Assembly: GCA_032128875.1 (NCBI GenBank)
Contig: JAVLKG010000002.1
Coordinates: 32,001-96,000, forward strand
Origin: Candidatus Melainabacteria bacterium 17Bon1m
GTDB taxonomy: Bacteria; Cyanobacteriota; Vampirovibrionia; Obscuribacterales; Obscuribacteraceae
DNA: 64,000 nucleotides
Reading direction: 5' to 3'
In this document: positions 36,168 through 47,300 of the stretch, one piece after another
Numbering within the stretch: position 1 is the first letter of the stretch
Layout of the letters: each line of letters begins with the position of its first letter
Notes under the pieces: model-generated
The model's database searches: none
What the model saw: only the letters and a program-made list of their open reading frames with translations
What the model was told of the DNA's origin: nothing
Translations under genes and position numbers: made by a program

Positions 36168-37361
36168 ATGCGTATCAAAAAATCAAAGTCGCCGGCAGTT
36201 TTATTCGCAGTTGCACTGTTTGGTGCAACCACCATATTTGGTGCGCTCAACATAGCCGCAAGTGGTGAAGAAACCAGCAACAATGCTCGAATCAACGAAC
36301 TCGTTTCGATAGCTGAAGGTGCCGAAACCCTCGAAATGCCCGAGATCAAATACGAACTCGAAAAGCAACCATTTTCAACATATCCTGCAGGTTTTTCTCA
36401 CGAAGTAACTGCTAAGAATTTCCCGATCTCCAAGGGCATCGCAGGCGTATCAATGACATTGAAACCAGGCGGTTTGCGCGAATTGCACTGGCACGCAAAC
36501 GCTGCTGAATGGGCTTACATCATCAAAGGCCATTGTCGGATCACCATCATCGATCCGCAAGGACGCACAGAGATCAAAGACTTCGGACCCGGCGATGTTT
36601 GGTACTTCCCGCGCGGGCATGGACACTCAATTCAAGGTATGGGCGATGAAGAATGCAAATTCATTCTCACGTTCGATAACGGATATTTTTCTGAGTTTTC
36701 CACTTTCAGCATCAGCGACTGGATCGCCCAGACACAATCAACTGTGTTGAGTAAAGCATTTGGACTTGCGCAATCCGTGCTCGACAAATTCCCGAAGAAG
36801 GAAGTTTATATCGCGCAGGGACCAAACCCTCCTGCGATTGACGAGAAAGCGGTAAATGCCAACTACCCAGAAGAACTCACCCATCGATTCAAGTTGTCTG
36901 AGCAGAAGCCGGATGTATCAAAAGGTGGCACTTTCAATCTTGTCGACCAGAGAAAATTTCCTATTTCTACCACTATGTCTGGTGCCGTACTTACGATCAA
37001 ACCAGATGCGATGCGGCAACTTCACTGGCATCCGAATGCCGATGAATGGCAGTATTACATCCGCGGTCATGCGCGCATGACTGTCTTCGGTTCGAAGGGA
37101 CGAAAGATCACTCGTGAATATGGCCCCGGTGATGTCGGCTACGTTCCGCAAGGGTATGGTCATTATATTGAGTCAATCGGTAACGAAGAGTGCGAGATGC
37201 TGGCGGTTTTCAATTCCGGCACGTATCAAGAAATTTCGCTCGCCGATTGGATCAAGCAAACACCGAAGTACTTGCTCGAAACCAATTTCGGCTTAGATGC
37301 CAAAACCATCGAAGAGTTTCAAAAGGGTCAAACGATTTTCACGGCGCCCGACAAGAAATAA
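36168..37361 (+). CDS. oxdC: Oxalate decarboxylase-family bicupin with signal peptide
   Basis: RELHWHANAAEW and RQLHWHPNADEWQY cupin motifs; lid FSEFST keeps the Glu of the B. subtilis SENST loop. Confidence 0.8.
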   Translation: MRIKKSKSPAVLFAVALFGATTIFGALNIAASGEETSNNARINELVSIAEGAETLEMPEIKYELEKQPFSTYPAGFSHEVTAKNFPISKGIAGVSMTLKPGGLRELHWHANAAEWAYIIKGHCRITIIDPQGRTEIKDFGPGDVWYFPRGHGHSIQGMGDEECKFILTFDNGYFSEFSTFSISDWIAQTQSTVLSKAFGLAQSVLDKFPKKEVYIAQGPNPPAIDEKAVNANYPEELTHRFKLSEQKPDVSKGGTFNLVDQRKFPISTTMSGAVLTIKPDAMRQLHWHPNADEWQYYIRGHARMTVFGSKGRKITREYGPGDVGYVPQGYGHYIESIGNEECEMLAVFNSGTYQEISLADWIKQTPKYLLETNFGLDAKTIEEFQKGQTIFTAPDKK

Positions 37362-37522
37362 ATTTTGCATTGGGGCGATGCCATGCTTAGCCCTCTTCAG
37401 AAGCTATAAGTCGTGTACCGGAGACAGCCGTTTTTATCAGGGACGTGTCGACAATAATTTGTCGCGCATTTGTTATTTGATGCACGGAAATCGATGGCGC
37501 TAAATCAGATTAGATAAGACTT

Positions 37523-38182
37523 TTATTTGAAAAGCGGCGAGGTTTCCAGCTTATCTAGAAGGTCTTCCGGTCCTTTATAGATTGCTGTGGCGCCTGCGTC
37601 GACCAGCGACTGCTTTGCAAAACCGCCGCATAAGACGCCCACGCACGGTATGCCGATACGAGTGGCTGCTTGCGCGTCATACGGAGAATCGCCAACCACG
37701 ACTGTTTCGCTCGCCGAATTCTGCAACTTGCTCAGCGCCGCTTCAAAAATATCCGGATTGGGTTTGCTCTTGTTAACGTCGTCGGCGCTGGTGGTCACGT
37801 CGAAAAGCTCTTTTGCATTGAGAAGCTCCAGGTAATAATTAAGCTCGTCTTTCTTTGCTGAAGAGCCGGCTGCGAGGAGTTTGCCCTTCTGCTTGATGCG
37901 CTGAAGTAATTCGTGCGATTTATGGAATGGTTTTACCGAATCCAAATACGTAGACTTAAAATGCTGGGAACGCCACTCTTGAAGCTCTTCTCCGAATGCT
38001 CGTTCGTCCTTCTTTGACAAAAAGGTGGGGACCAACTCGTCTCCGCCTTTGCCAATCTGACCGCGAATTTCCGCAAATCCAAGCTTGACTCCAAAGTGCT
38101 CAAAGGCGTCCTGCCAGGCCTTTGCATGCAAATCCACTGAGTCTATTAGCGTACCGTCGATGTCAAAAATTATAGAGTTCAT
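37523..38182 (-). CDS. HAD family hydrolase
   Basis: FDIDGTLIDS, SKPNPD, VGDSPYD. Confidence 0.92.
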   Translation of the reverse strand: MNSIIFDIDGTLIDSVDLHAKAWQDAFEHFGVKLGFAEIRGQIGKGGDELVPTFLSKKDERAFGEELQEWRSQHFKSTYLDSVKPFHKSHELLQRIKQKGKLLAAGSSAKKDELNYYLELLNAKELFDVTTSADDVNKSKPNPDIFEAALSKLQNSASETVVVGDSPYDAQAATRIGIPCVGVLCGGFAKQSLVDAGATAIYKGPEDLLDKLETSPLFK

Positions 38183-38197
38183 ATTTTCCCCTGATAT

Positions 38198-38225
38198 GCA
38201 GACCTTGCTATGTCTCATAGGTTCC
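38198..38225 (-). promoter_or_regulatory. ECF-sigma-type promoter candidate
   Basis: GGAACC-N16-GTCTGC, 15 nt upstream of ATG 38182. Confidence 0.55.
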
Positions 38226-38471
38226 TGCTGTACAGGCAAAAAAAATGGAAAAATTTTTGGATTCAGGCAGGCTTTTCATTATAGGGTTTCGCTTGTAGCC
38301 AATCGTATGCAAAGTAAAGCCAGGCCATGTTTTCAGGGCAAGAATAGTTGCTATAAATGTTTGGTAGCCGAATCGTAAATGCTAATTCTGACGCTGGAAT
38401 TCTCAGCGCGGGAATTGATGTTGGAAGAGTACGTTTAACGTTTGTGGCTATCACCAGTAAAGGGGCTCTTG

Positions 38472-38735
38472 GTGAGCAAGAAACAATCGAACAATGTAGT
38501 TCTCCTCAAGACATTGGGTGAGGTCATCGTAGAGAGGCGGAAACGTCTTGGAATGACTCAAGATGAGCTGTCAGAACTATCCGGTATTAATCGGGCATTT
38601 ATAAGCAATATCGAGAAGGGAAAGCGCAATCCGAGCATTGGGGCTGTTGCAAGTTTGGCAAGAGGGCTCAAACTGAAAACATCGTTGCTTCTCTCTAAGT
38701 GCGAAAAGCTGATGACCGAAGCGGAAGAAAAATAA
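38472..38735 (+). CDS. XRE family helix-turn-helix regulator
   Basis: RRKRLGMTQDELSELSGINRAFISNIEKGKRNPS. Confidence 0.9.
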   Translation: MSKKQSNNVVLLKTLGEVIVERRKRLGMTQDELSELSGINRAFISNIEKGKRNPSIGAVASLARGLKLKTSLLLSKCEKLMTEAEEK

Positions 38736-38736
38736 C

Positions 38737-38778
38737 GGGCAAGAAAGAAGGAGACCATTAGCCTCCTTCCTTTTGCTC
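38737..38778. terminator. Imperfect hairpin between convergent genes
   Basis: GGGCAAGAAAGAAGGAG...CTCCTTCCTTTTGCTC. Confidence 0.5.
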
Positions 38779-38789
38779 TCTCTCCGAAT

Positions 38790-39248
38790 CTATTTGTCGT
38801 ATGCGTTTTTCACTATTCCCCATGCTACCCTTTCGCGCCATCCAAACCTATTAAGATGGCCATGATCCAGGTGCTTGCCGCTTAGCTCGACAGATGGTCC
38901 GAATTGTCTGTCAAATACAATTCGCGCTTGTCTTTGTGGATCACCAGGGAGATTGTATCCATCACCGATTTTGACGTCTTTGGTAATTTCAATCGTTCGA
39001 TTTTCTTTGTCTATCTCGACATTAAATCCTCTGCGTTCCAGGGCATTAATCACTTTCACCGCATCACGTCTATCTGGAGTCAAATCTATCTCGCAGCGCG
39101 GAAGCAACCCGTCTTTGTCGTGGCACTGCATTATCTGATTCATTGCTTTGATATCATCGCGCGTCGCGTCTGTCAAATTGACCTTTAGCGCCGGCTCGGT
39201 GCCTTTTTCAAATGTTACTTTGGCACCAAAGTCTTCGTATTTGCTCAT
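38790..39248 (-). CDS. Hypothetical protein
   Basis: AAGGAG RBS before ATG 39248; no recognised family. Confidence 0.65.
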   Translation of the reverse strand: MSKYEDFGAKVTFEKGTEPALKVNLTDATRDDIKAMNQIMQCHDKDGLLPRCEIDLTPDRRDAVKVINALERRGFNVEIDKENRTIEITKDVKIGDGYNLPGDPQRQARIVFDRQFGPSVELSGKHLDHGHLNRFGWRERVAWGIVKNAYDK

Positions 39249-39270
39249 GCTATTCTCCTTGTTTTGCCGA

Positions 39271-40395
39271 TTACTCACCGAAAACGCTGTTTGGATGCCC
39301 CTCTAACCATCTGCTGCCCGTGTAGGAGATGAAGTTTCCATTTGCATCTCTCTGTTGTGCAAAACCATCACCATCTGTTAGCGCTCTTAGAACAACCGTT
39401 TCTCTGCCGTTTTCATCGACAGCAAACATGTGCACAAAGCTTCTGTCCGAACCTTCCGCAACTGGTTGAACTTCCAGGCGCACAGTCAATGAAGTCCCGT
39501 CGCTATCACGAATAGTCGCTGTGGTTTGTCCCGCTTCAACCAGCGTTTTTATTGCGGCCAACTGCTCTTCTGTCGATGAGTTCGCGTTACTCAATTTCGC
39601 AAGCGCATCATTGTTCGCAACTGTCTCGTCATCAGCGCTGCTCAAGATTGACTCTGCCGAGGTGCTGTCTTCGCCGGCGATTGCCCGTTGTCCATTCAGG
39701 TCATCTGCCATTTTTGTCGCGGCAGTGTGAAGATCGTCGCGTGTAAATCCATTGTTTTCCCACCAGCCATACTCATCATCAGCACCGTCTTCCAGCGTGT
39801 CCGTTTGAGAGCTGAGGTCTTGAAGTTTGGCTGCGTCCTCTGTCGACAATGAGTCTGCATGATTTCTTCTGTACTCGTCCACTTCGCCAGCTGTGACGAA
39901 GCTGTTGTTGTCGCCATCGAGTGCCTCGAAGTGCTCGTTGGCATAGGCAAGTTCGTCGACTCCGATTTGCCCATCCGGTGCAGTGTTTGGATCAAAATCT
40001 AATTCACCCGGTATAGGATCTACTGGTGCGCCGGAGCGAGTCCTCAACTCAGCGGGAGTTACTTCCTCATAGTTGCGCGCTCCAACCTCCGATGCTAAAT
40101 GTTCTGCCAATGTCTTAGTAAGTGTGTCCGATTCCTCTGAAAGTGACGCAGATAGAAGCTCTGGGTAGGAGAAAGAACCGTTGTGGTCTGTATCGAGATT
40201 TTCGCTGTCGTACAGTGCCAAGGGGGCAAGCAAGCCATTTTCTTCCAAGGCTTGTCCGATTTCGTGAGCTGGAAGGTTGCCTGACTGCCAGATTTGATTT
40301 AGCTCTTCTCTGGCTCCAGCAATCTCGTCACGCGGGCTCGTTGCTAGCTCATACGCAGCATCTGCGGCCCTGTCTTTTGCCGTGAATTCGACCAT
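39271..40395 (-). CDS. Acidic EF-hand-containing protein
   Basis: GGAGG RBS; DTDHNGSFSYPEL and DGDNNSFVTAGEV loops; very Asp/Glu-rich. Confidence 0.7.
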   Translation of the reverse strand: MVEFTAKDRAADAAYELATSPRDEIAGAREELNQIWQSGNLPAHEIGQALEENGLLAPLALYDSENLDTDHNGSFSYPELLSASLSEESDTLTKTLAEHLASEVGARNYEEVTPAELRTRSGAPVDPIPGELDFDPNTAPDGQIGVDELAYANEHFEALDGDNNSFVTAGEVDEYRRNHADSLSTEDAAKLQDLSSQTDTLEDGADDEYGWWENNGFTRDDLHTAATKMADDLNGQRAIAGEDSTSAESILSSADDETVANNDALAKLSNANSSTEEQLAAIKTLVEAGQTTATIRDSDGTSLTVRLEVQPVAEGSDRSFVHMFAVDENGRETVVLRALTDGDGFAQQRDANGNFISYTGSRWLEGHPNSVFGE

Positions 40396-40557
40396 AAATA
40401 AACCTCCTGGGTTGAAAAATCGGAAGCGGCACAGACTGCGCGAGCAAGTGCTAGGCGCCGGCAATGTGCTTGAGAATGGAAGGGGCGAACTTGCGCTTGC
40501 CTCAAAGATACGAGCCGGAAATAACCGCTGCGTGATTAATTTGTTACGGCTGCATTA

Positions 40558-42372
40558 CTAAGTCTTTTTTTGCGCCAGGGGCAGCGTAAAGAAGAAAGTG
40601 CTGCCTTGTCCCGGGCTTTCCGCCCAGATTTTTCCGCCTTGCATTTCGACAATCGCTTTGCATATCGTCAGTCCGAGTCCGGAGCCGCCTTTGTTCTTGG
40701 CGCCACCGCTCTTAAGCTGTTTAAAGCGCTCAAAAACCGTAGGTAATTCGTCTTCAGGGATGCCCTGCCCCTGGTCCTTAACGGATACTCTTGCAAATCC
40801 GTCATCTTCCGTGCACGCCACTTGCACTGTCTGCCCTTTAGAAGAATAGCGAATTGCGTTTGATACCAAGTTGGTCAAAACGCGATCTACTAAATTCTGA
40901 TCTGCGCTGACTGCGATTTCACTGTCAGCAAATTCGAGCTTCACGCCGACTTCTTCAGCAGCCGCGAGTGAGAGTTCTTCGCACATGGTAAAACAGTCTG
41001 CAATATAAAAATCTTTGATTTCTATATTCATATGACCTGATTTGATTTTTTCAATATCAAGCAAGTCGTTGATGAGTGTGAGCATGCGGTCGGTATTGCG
41101 GCGTCCCATTGTTAGGTAGCGGGGGACGCGCTCCTCGTCTGACTCTTTCAACAGCTCTTCCAGCAAGTTGAACACGTTTACCACCGTATTAAGTGGCGAC
41201 CTCAAATCATGCGTGATCATTGCCGTTACTTCTTGCTTTAGTTTTTCAATTCGGCGTCTTTCAGTTATGTCATGTACAACGCAGAAGAGTGATGACTCTG
41301 CTTCCGACCAATGAGCTGACCATGCGGTTTCTATTGTGTCGCCGCTGGCTGTCCTCATAGCCAATTCTGCAGGAACAGTAATTTCTTCTTTTTTTAGCTT
41401 GTCGAAAAATTCTGATGCTCTTTTCTTGTCGAAATCGGCAAAGAGATCAATCACATACTTTCCGAGCAGGTCATCCGGTTGCAAACCGAGCAATGCGCTC
41501 GAGGCCGGGTTGGCTGCAATCATGCGGTTATTCACGTCAATCGTGCATATAAAATCGAGAGCATTATCTATGACGGCCCGTTCTTTACGCGCTGATTCTT
41601 TCAACTCCTCTGCCATTCTGTGAAAAACTTGATCGAGCTGGGCGATCTCATCTGTTCCGTTAATCACCGGGTGCAAAGGCAGACCAGCCGCCAGGCTCGT
41701 TGTGTTTTCACTCACACGTCTCAGCCTTTCGGTAATACCCTTTGTGAGGAACAGCGCAAGAAAGATGCCCAGGGCAAGGTCGAATACACCCAATGCAACT
41801 GTAAGTCCTTGCGCCTTTTTTCGGAATACGGCTTGCTCTTCCGGCGCTTTGTCGAAAAGCTTCTTTTGCTCTTCCGCCACACCGAACAATTGGTAGAGAA
41901 TCTTGTCCATCCGGCCAGCGCGCATTTTTCGGGCGTAAAGTATTTTCTCCCGCATCGACATTGGAGTCGGACTGTTCCAGTTGTCTTTGATTTCCTTATA
42001 AATGTTCAGAGCTTCTCGGGTGGTTCTTTCCGATGCAATAACAGTGCTAAGGATTTCCGGCTGATTTTTTGTCAGCTCCTTTAGATCGTTGTAGTCCTGC
42101 CAAACGTTCTTCGTCAACATGTGACCAACATCGTCGTCAAGCGGAACGTTTTCAAGCGCTTCGACCGACTTATAGCGCTTTGCAAATTCATAAATGTCGG
42201 AGGTAATCTCGTGAATTTTTTCCGAGATTGCCTTGCTATGAACTGAGGCTGCGAGCGCGTCTTCCGCCTGTTTCTGCAAATATGCAAGAGCGGTAAGCAA
42301 CCCTAGCTGAACCAGCAGGGGCACCGACACGAACAGTAAGACTTTAGTAGTTAGAGAAATCCGCCGACTCAT
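40558..42372 (-). CDS. Membrane sensor histidine kinase (HAMP-PAS-HisKA-HATPase)
   Basis: 2 TMs, DEIAQL, HDITER, THDLRSPL, GSGLGL. Confidence 0.93.
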   Translation of the reverse strand: MSRRISLTTKVLLFVSVPLLVQLGLLTALAYLQKQAEDALAASVHSKAISEKIHEITSDIYEFAKRYKSVEALENVPLDDDVGHMLTKNVWQDYNDLKELTKNQPEILSTVIASERTTREALNIYKEIKDNWNSPTPMSMREKILYARKMRAGRMDKILYQLFGVAEEQKKLFDKAPEEQAVFRKKAQGLTVALGVFDLALGIFLALFLTKGITERLRRVSENTTSLAAGLPLHPVINGTDEIAQLDQVFHRMAEELKESARKERAVIDNALDFICTIDVNNRMIAANPASSALLGLQPDDLLGKYVIDLFADFDKKRASEFFDKLKKEEITVPAELAMRTASGDTIETAWSAHWSEAESSLFCVVHDITERRRIEKLKQEVTAMITHDLRSPLNTVVNVFNLLEELLKESDEERVPRYLTMGRRNTDRMLTLINDLLDIEKIKSGHMNIEIKDFYIADCFTMCEELSLAAAEEVGVKLEFADSEIAVSADQNLVDRVLTNLVSNAIRYSSKGQTVQVACTEDDGFARVSVKDQGQGIPEDELPTVFERFKQLKSGGAKNKGGSGLGLTICKAIVEMQGGKIWAESPGQGSTFFFTLPLAQKKT

Positions 42373-42461
42373 GCCGACATTATGCCAGCCGACGTTGTAA
42401 ATGGCCCTTTCAAAGAAGGTATATTTGGACTGAGTATGCGAAGCTGCGGGGTTCGCGAGAC

Positions 42462-43154
42462 TTGGCGAAAGTTCTTTTAGTTGAAGATGACGAGGATTTG
42501 GCGGTCACAATTGGTGACATGCTCAGAGATGAGCGTCACACTGTTGACACCATTCATGACGGACTTGATGCGGCTGAAGCACTCAAGACGCGCACATATG
42601 AAGTCGTTGTGTTGGACTGGGACTTGCCGGGTAAATCCGGTATTTCGATTTTGCGAGAATTTCGCGCTGCAGGTGGTGGCACACCTGTGATTATGCTGAC
42701 TGGAAAGAGCGAGATTGAGCAAAAAGAGCAAGGGCTTGATTCAGGTGCTGATGACTATTTGACCAAACCTTTTCTGCTGAAGGAACTTGCGGCTCGCGTT
42801 CGTTCGCTGTTGCGCAGACCGACTATGACCAACGTCGGTGTTCTACGGTGGGGAAATTTGGTGCTTGATCCATCGAAGTTTGAGCTGAGTAGAAACGGTC
42901 AACAGCTTCGTCTTCTACCTCGTGATTTTGCTTTGCTGGAATTTTTGATGCGCCATCCAACACAAATTTTTAGCACACAGGCTTTGCTGGACAACGTCTG
43001 GAATTATGATTCCGATGCTACGCCAGAGGGCTTGCGAGTTGCGGTTCGTCGAATTAGAAAAGTGATTGATGAAGCAGATGACTTGAATCAATCTATGATC
43101 GAGAACATCTCTCGCGTTGGATACAGAATGAGAAATCTCGGAGACTCTCAGTGA
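42462..43154 (+). CDS. OmpR family response regulator
   Basis: VEDD, VLDWDLPG, GADDYLTKPF, winged helix ending RVGY. Confidence 0.93.
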   Translation: MAKVLLVEDDEDLAVTIGDMLRDERHTVDTIHDGLDAAEALKTRTYEVVVLDWDLPGKSGISILREFRAAGGGTPVIMLTGKSEIEQKEQGLDSGADDYLTKPFLLKELAARVRSLLRRPTMTNVGVLRWGNLVLDPSKFELSRNGQQLRLLPRDFALLEFLMRHPTQIFSTQALLDNVWNYDSDATPEGLRVAVRRIRKVIDEADDLNQSMIENISRVGYRMRNLGDSQ

Positions 43155-43173
43155 GAATCTGCAAGTTCGCCCT

Positions 43174-43683
43174 CTATGAGCGCGAACCCCATAGGTGTAA
43201 ATTCAAATTGGTTCCGCAAAAGAGTATGCACCAGTCATAAGGCATGGTGAGCGGATCTAACCCTTCTACTTCGATCACCATGGAAAAGTTGCCTTTGGGC
43301 TGCAACCACTCGTGGTGCGCCCACGACCATATGATAAACGGTCCGGTAAGATAACCATCCGGATCATGCGTGAGTTCGCCTATTCCATTGAGAAACTTTT
43401 GGATTTCGGGCGGCTGCATAAGAGCGGGTGTCAAATGCAAACAACCGGGTCCAGGAAAACGCATTTTTGCACTTTCCGGCGAAGGCCACAGTGGGTGCAC
43501 CTTCTCCACAAAATAGCCCATCGAGGTTCCAAACCCGGCATTACCGAAATAATCCATAAGAGTCTCTTCGAACTCTTCGCACTTCTCAGGACTGGCCGCG
43601 CGAAATGCACTTCTTAAAACACCAAGCCCGTCGTTGACCTTTGAAGCCAACATTTCACCTTCGACTTTGTACTGTTCGGGCAT
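43174..43683 (-). CDS. Hypothetical protein
   Basis: 169-aa ORF filling the gap; no motif recognised. Confidence 0.6.
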   Translation of the reverse strand: MPEQYKVEGEMLASKVNDGLGVLRSAFRAASPEKCEEFEETLMDYFGNAGFGTSMGYFVEKVHPLWPSPESAKMRFPGPGCLHLTPALMQPPEIQKFLNGIGELTHDPDGYLTGPFIIWSWAHHEWLQPKGNFSMVIEVEGLDPLTMPYDWCILFCGTNLNLHLWGSRS

Positions 43684-43783
43684 TCTGAGATTCCGGGCAA
43701 CCTTGCTGGCAGAGACTTCTGCGGCTCGCTAGTAAATACTACTAAAAATTCCCCGTTTGCGCGACGACGAATAACTCGGTACG

Positions 43784-44191
43784 TCAGCTGTTTCGTTCCG
43801 AGACCGACAGTCCGGGGAAGTCTTCATCCTCGCACCTGCAAGTCTCTGTGATGGAATATACCGTGTCACAATCCTCGCACCATCTCACGTCGCCTTCTGC
43901 TTCTAATCTATAAATAGCGTCTCTGAGACGGCGAGTATTTTTAGACAATGTTGCCTTAAGTTTTCCGATTTCTGCTTCGAGTAGCGTCACTTTGGCACTG
44001 TCGCTCGTGCTCCTATCGGCATTTTCTTGATCAAAAACGCCAATCTGCTCGATCGTATCTTTGGCATCCGACTTCACGGACTTGTTGACCGGCACTTTCG
44101 GTAATCTGGCAACGCCTGGATCGTTAGATATACGGCGAAGTTGCGCTTTCGTTAAGGAATCTAAGTCTTGTGGATTAGTCGACATGCTCAT
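43784..44191 (-). CDS. Hypothetical protein with coiled coil and CxxC-x9-CxC
   Basis: LLEAEIGKLKATL; CEDC...TCRC. Confidence 0.55.
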   Translation of the reverse strand: MSMSTNPQDLDSLTKAQLRRISNDPGVARLPKVPVNKSVKSDAKDTIEQIGVFDQENADRSTSDSAKVTLLEAEIGKLKATLSKNTRRLRDAIYRLEAEGDVRWCEDCDTVYSITETCRCEDEDFPGLSVSERNS

Positions 44192-44209
44192 AACCTATGC
44201 GTATATAGG

Positions 44210-44237
44210 AAAGACATGCGGGTGTCCTGATTGTTCC
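44210..44237 (-). promoter_or_regulatory. ECF-sigma-type promoter candidate
   Basis: GGAACA-N16-GTCTTT, 18 nt upstream of ATG 44191. Confidence 0.5.
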
Positions 44238-44365
44238 AGTGCATCCTTTTTTCTGTGCTAGTCTCGTTAACACTGCCCAGGAAGTGGTTGGATGAATGGT
44301 AAGCCTTAGGCTCTTGTGGGTTTTATATACGAATTAATTAAAAACAGCTCTGTGTTCGAGTGGCT

Positions 44366-47300
44366 TCACAGTGTTGCTTCTAAAAATGCCGTTGTTTCCT
44401 CTAGCTGCTTTTTTAGGGTTCTTATGAGAGAGTCCAGACTGCTCCAATCATGAGCCTCTGAGACAGTCTCAATTTCTGTGCATGTTTTGCGCATCTCGAC
44501 AGCATACATGACAGCGCACACACCTTTTAATCCATGTGCCACCTGAAGTACCTGGCGCTTATCTTGTTCATCAGCAGCCGCTTTTAGGGCATCAATCTGC
44601 TTTGGTACATCATTGATGAACAGGGTCGCTAATTTTTTTCTATGTTCTTCGGACCTATACCTATTTGTAATTGCTTCTAGGTCGACGGGAGCGCCTTTGA
44701 CAGGTAGTAATCGAGAGCTTCTTGCGGACTTCGTTGTTTGCGGAGAAGGAATCCAATTCCTTACGATTGAAGTTAGTGTTGCCGGCTCAATCGGCTTGCT
44801 TATGTAATCATCCATGCCCGCAGAAATACATTTATCTCTGTCTCCGTCCATCGCATGTGCTGTCACAGCAATGATCGGCGTACGCTTACCGGTCAGCGCT
44901 TCAACCCGTCTGATAGCACTAGTCGCCTCAAAACCGTCCATGTGTGGCATCTGGCAGTCCATTAATACGAGGTCGTAATCGGTCTTTTTGACAGCCTCAA
45001 TAGCTTCGATTCCATCAGTTGCGATGTGGCAGACTAGTCCTAATTCTTCGAGATAAGCCTGTGCTATTTGCTGATTTATTGGATGATCTTCGACAATCAA
45101 AACCATCCCATTGCTCGAGTTTGCCAGCTTCTTTGCCTTGATTTCTGCAGAAGTAGCTGTAAGCTCATCAATTTGGCTAGTACCACATATGACCTTGCTG
45201 ATGCAGTCCAGCATGTGAGACTGCTTAACTGGTTTCGTCAAAAATCCCTTAAAACCTGCTTCGAGTGCCTGGCTCCCTAGACACGTAGTATCAAATTCGG
45301 TGAGCAGAATCAATTTTGTTTTTGAAATAGCAGGATCACTTTGTATTTTTTTCGCTGTTTCAATGCCGTCCATATCCGGCAGACTTAAATTGATTATTAC
45401 TACTTTGTATTCCTCTCCATCAGCACTAGCTTTTCTCAATAGCGCAATGGCATCATTTCCTGAAGCAGCAACACCATTGCGCATCCCCCATGAAACCGCA
45501 TAAGTGTGTAAAATTTCGCGCGTATACTGATGATTATCCACAATCAGTATTTTGACATCGCGAATTTCCGTCATAACGGAAATGACGGGAGTGTTTGAAC
45601 GTTTTTCTAGTGTGAGGGTGAACCAAAAGAGAGAACCTTTTCCTTTGACACTCTCAACGCCAATGTTTCCACCCATTAACTCAATTAGTCTCTTGCAGAT
45701 GCTGAGTCCTAATCCTGTTCCTCCGTACCTTCGGCTGATTGAACCATCAGCCTGAACAAATGGCTGGAAAAGGTGAGTCTGCTCTTCCTCTGTGAGCCCG
45801 ATACCACTGTCACGGACTTCAAATCGAACACACACAGTTTTTTCCGTCGACGATTCTAGAACAACCCGGACAACTACTTCACCATCGTCTGAAAATTTGA
45901 TGGAGTTGTTGGCGAGGTTAATCAGTATTTGCTTGATCCTCTCCGGGTCTCCCCGTAATAGCTTGGGCAGTTTCGGATCAACAAAAGTCATCAGCGGCAA
46001 CCGCTTTGACTTCGCAGCCATAGCCAGAAGGTGACAGGAACCTTCGACTGTTCGTACTGGATCGAAATCTATAATTTCCAGCTCCATCTTTCCTGCTTCA
46101 ATCTTGCTGAAATCAAGAATGTCGTTGATGACTGTAAGCAGTGTTCTTCCAGCCTCCTTAATCGCAGTCGCGTATTCTTGCTGTTTTTCATCGAGATGCG
46201 TCTTAAGCAGTACATTGCACATGCCTATGATTCCATTCATGGGAGTTCGGATCTCATGACTCATGTTTGCGACAAACTCAGACTTCAGCTTCGAAGCTGC
46301 TATTGCTTGATCTCTAGCCGATGCCAACGCTCCGTTTAGTAATTCGAGCTCCCGTCTGGTCTCTTCTAAAACTTTCTCGCTCCTCTTGCGCTGAGATATG
46401 TCTCTTGCAATTTTCGAGGCTCCGACAACTCGTCCCGAGAAATCCTTCACCGGCGATATGGTCAGTGATACATCGATCACTTCCCCGTTTTTCGTTAGTC
46501 GTTTTGTTTCGAAGTGCTCGATTCTTTCGCCTCGTTTTAGTTTGTCGAGGATCTCCAACTCTTCATCTATTCGATCCTCTGGCACGATTACCGATACTTC
46601 CTTTCCGATAGCCTCGTCAGGCTCAAAACCAAATAGACGTTGGGCTCCCGGATTCCATGTTTGAATGACGCCTTCTAGATTTTTACTTACGATGGCATCT
46701 TCAGATGACTCAACAATCGCCGACAAGGTGTCGCGTAGTTGTTCTTGTCGTCTGTTCTCTTGCTCTGCCGAGTCGAGTTTTGACGCAAAGCTGTAGATCA
46801 AGCTGCCCATGAAAATGCTTACTACAACGGAGGTAATCGCTGAGCCCGTTGCTGTGTCGAAAAGCCCCAACTGCTGCAATAACATTCTCAGGCGGCTTAT
46901 GAGAGGTGGCGCGATAACGACAATCGGCAAAAGCCACCGAATCAATTTTCCCCCGGCGGTGTTGCTCATCATGAGGCGAAAAAGGCTTTGATCGGATCTG
47001 AGCAGAAGTAGAGACAGTGCGAGCATGCTGAAAAGAATGCTTGTGGGGACCGCCATCTGAAGTGTTGCCTTGGCACTCAGATGATTATCAACACCTCCGC
47101 TAAGAGTAAAAAGTGAAATGCACAAAATTCCTAGACAAAAAAATTGCGCCACTGTGCGAGCGAATCTTCCAACTTCGCACGTATTGGTAATCAGACAAAG
47201 ACCAAGCAGAACAAAATTGATTGAAGTAGCGATAGCCATCCGACCGCTAGCTCCAACCGGCAAAGGCGTTCCATGAAACATTTGATCAAAATCCGCTCCA

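Noticed and set aside
38472-38735. XRE gene as part of a prophage or toxin-antitoxin module
   Set aside because: No phage, integrase or toxin gene adjacent.
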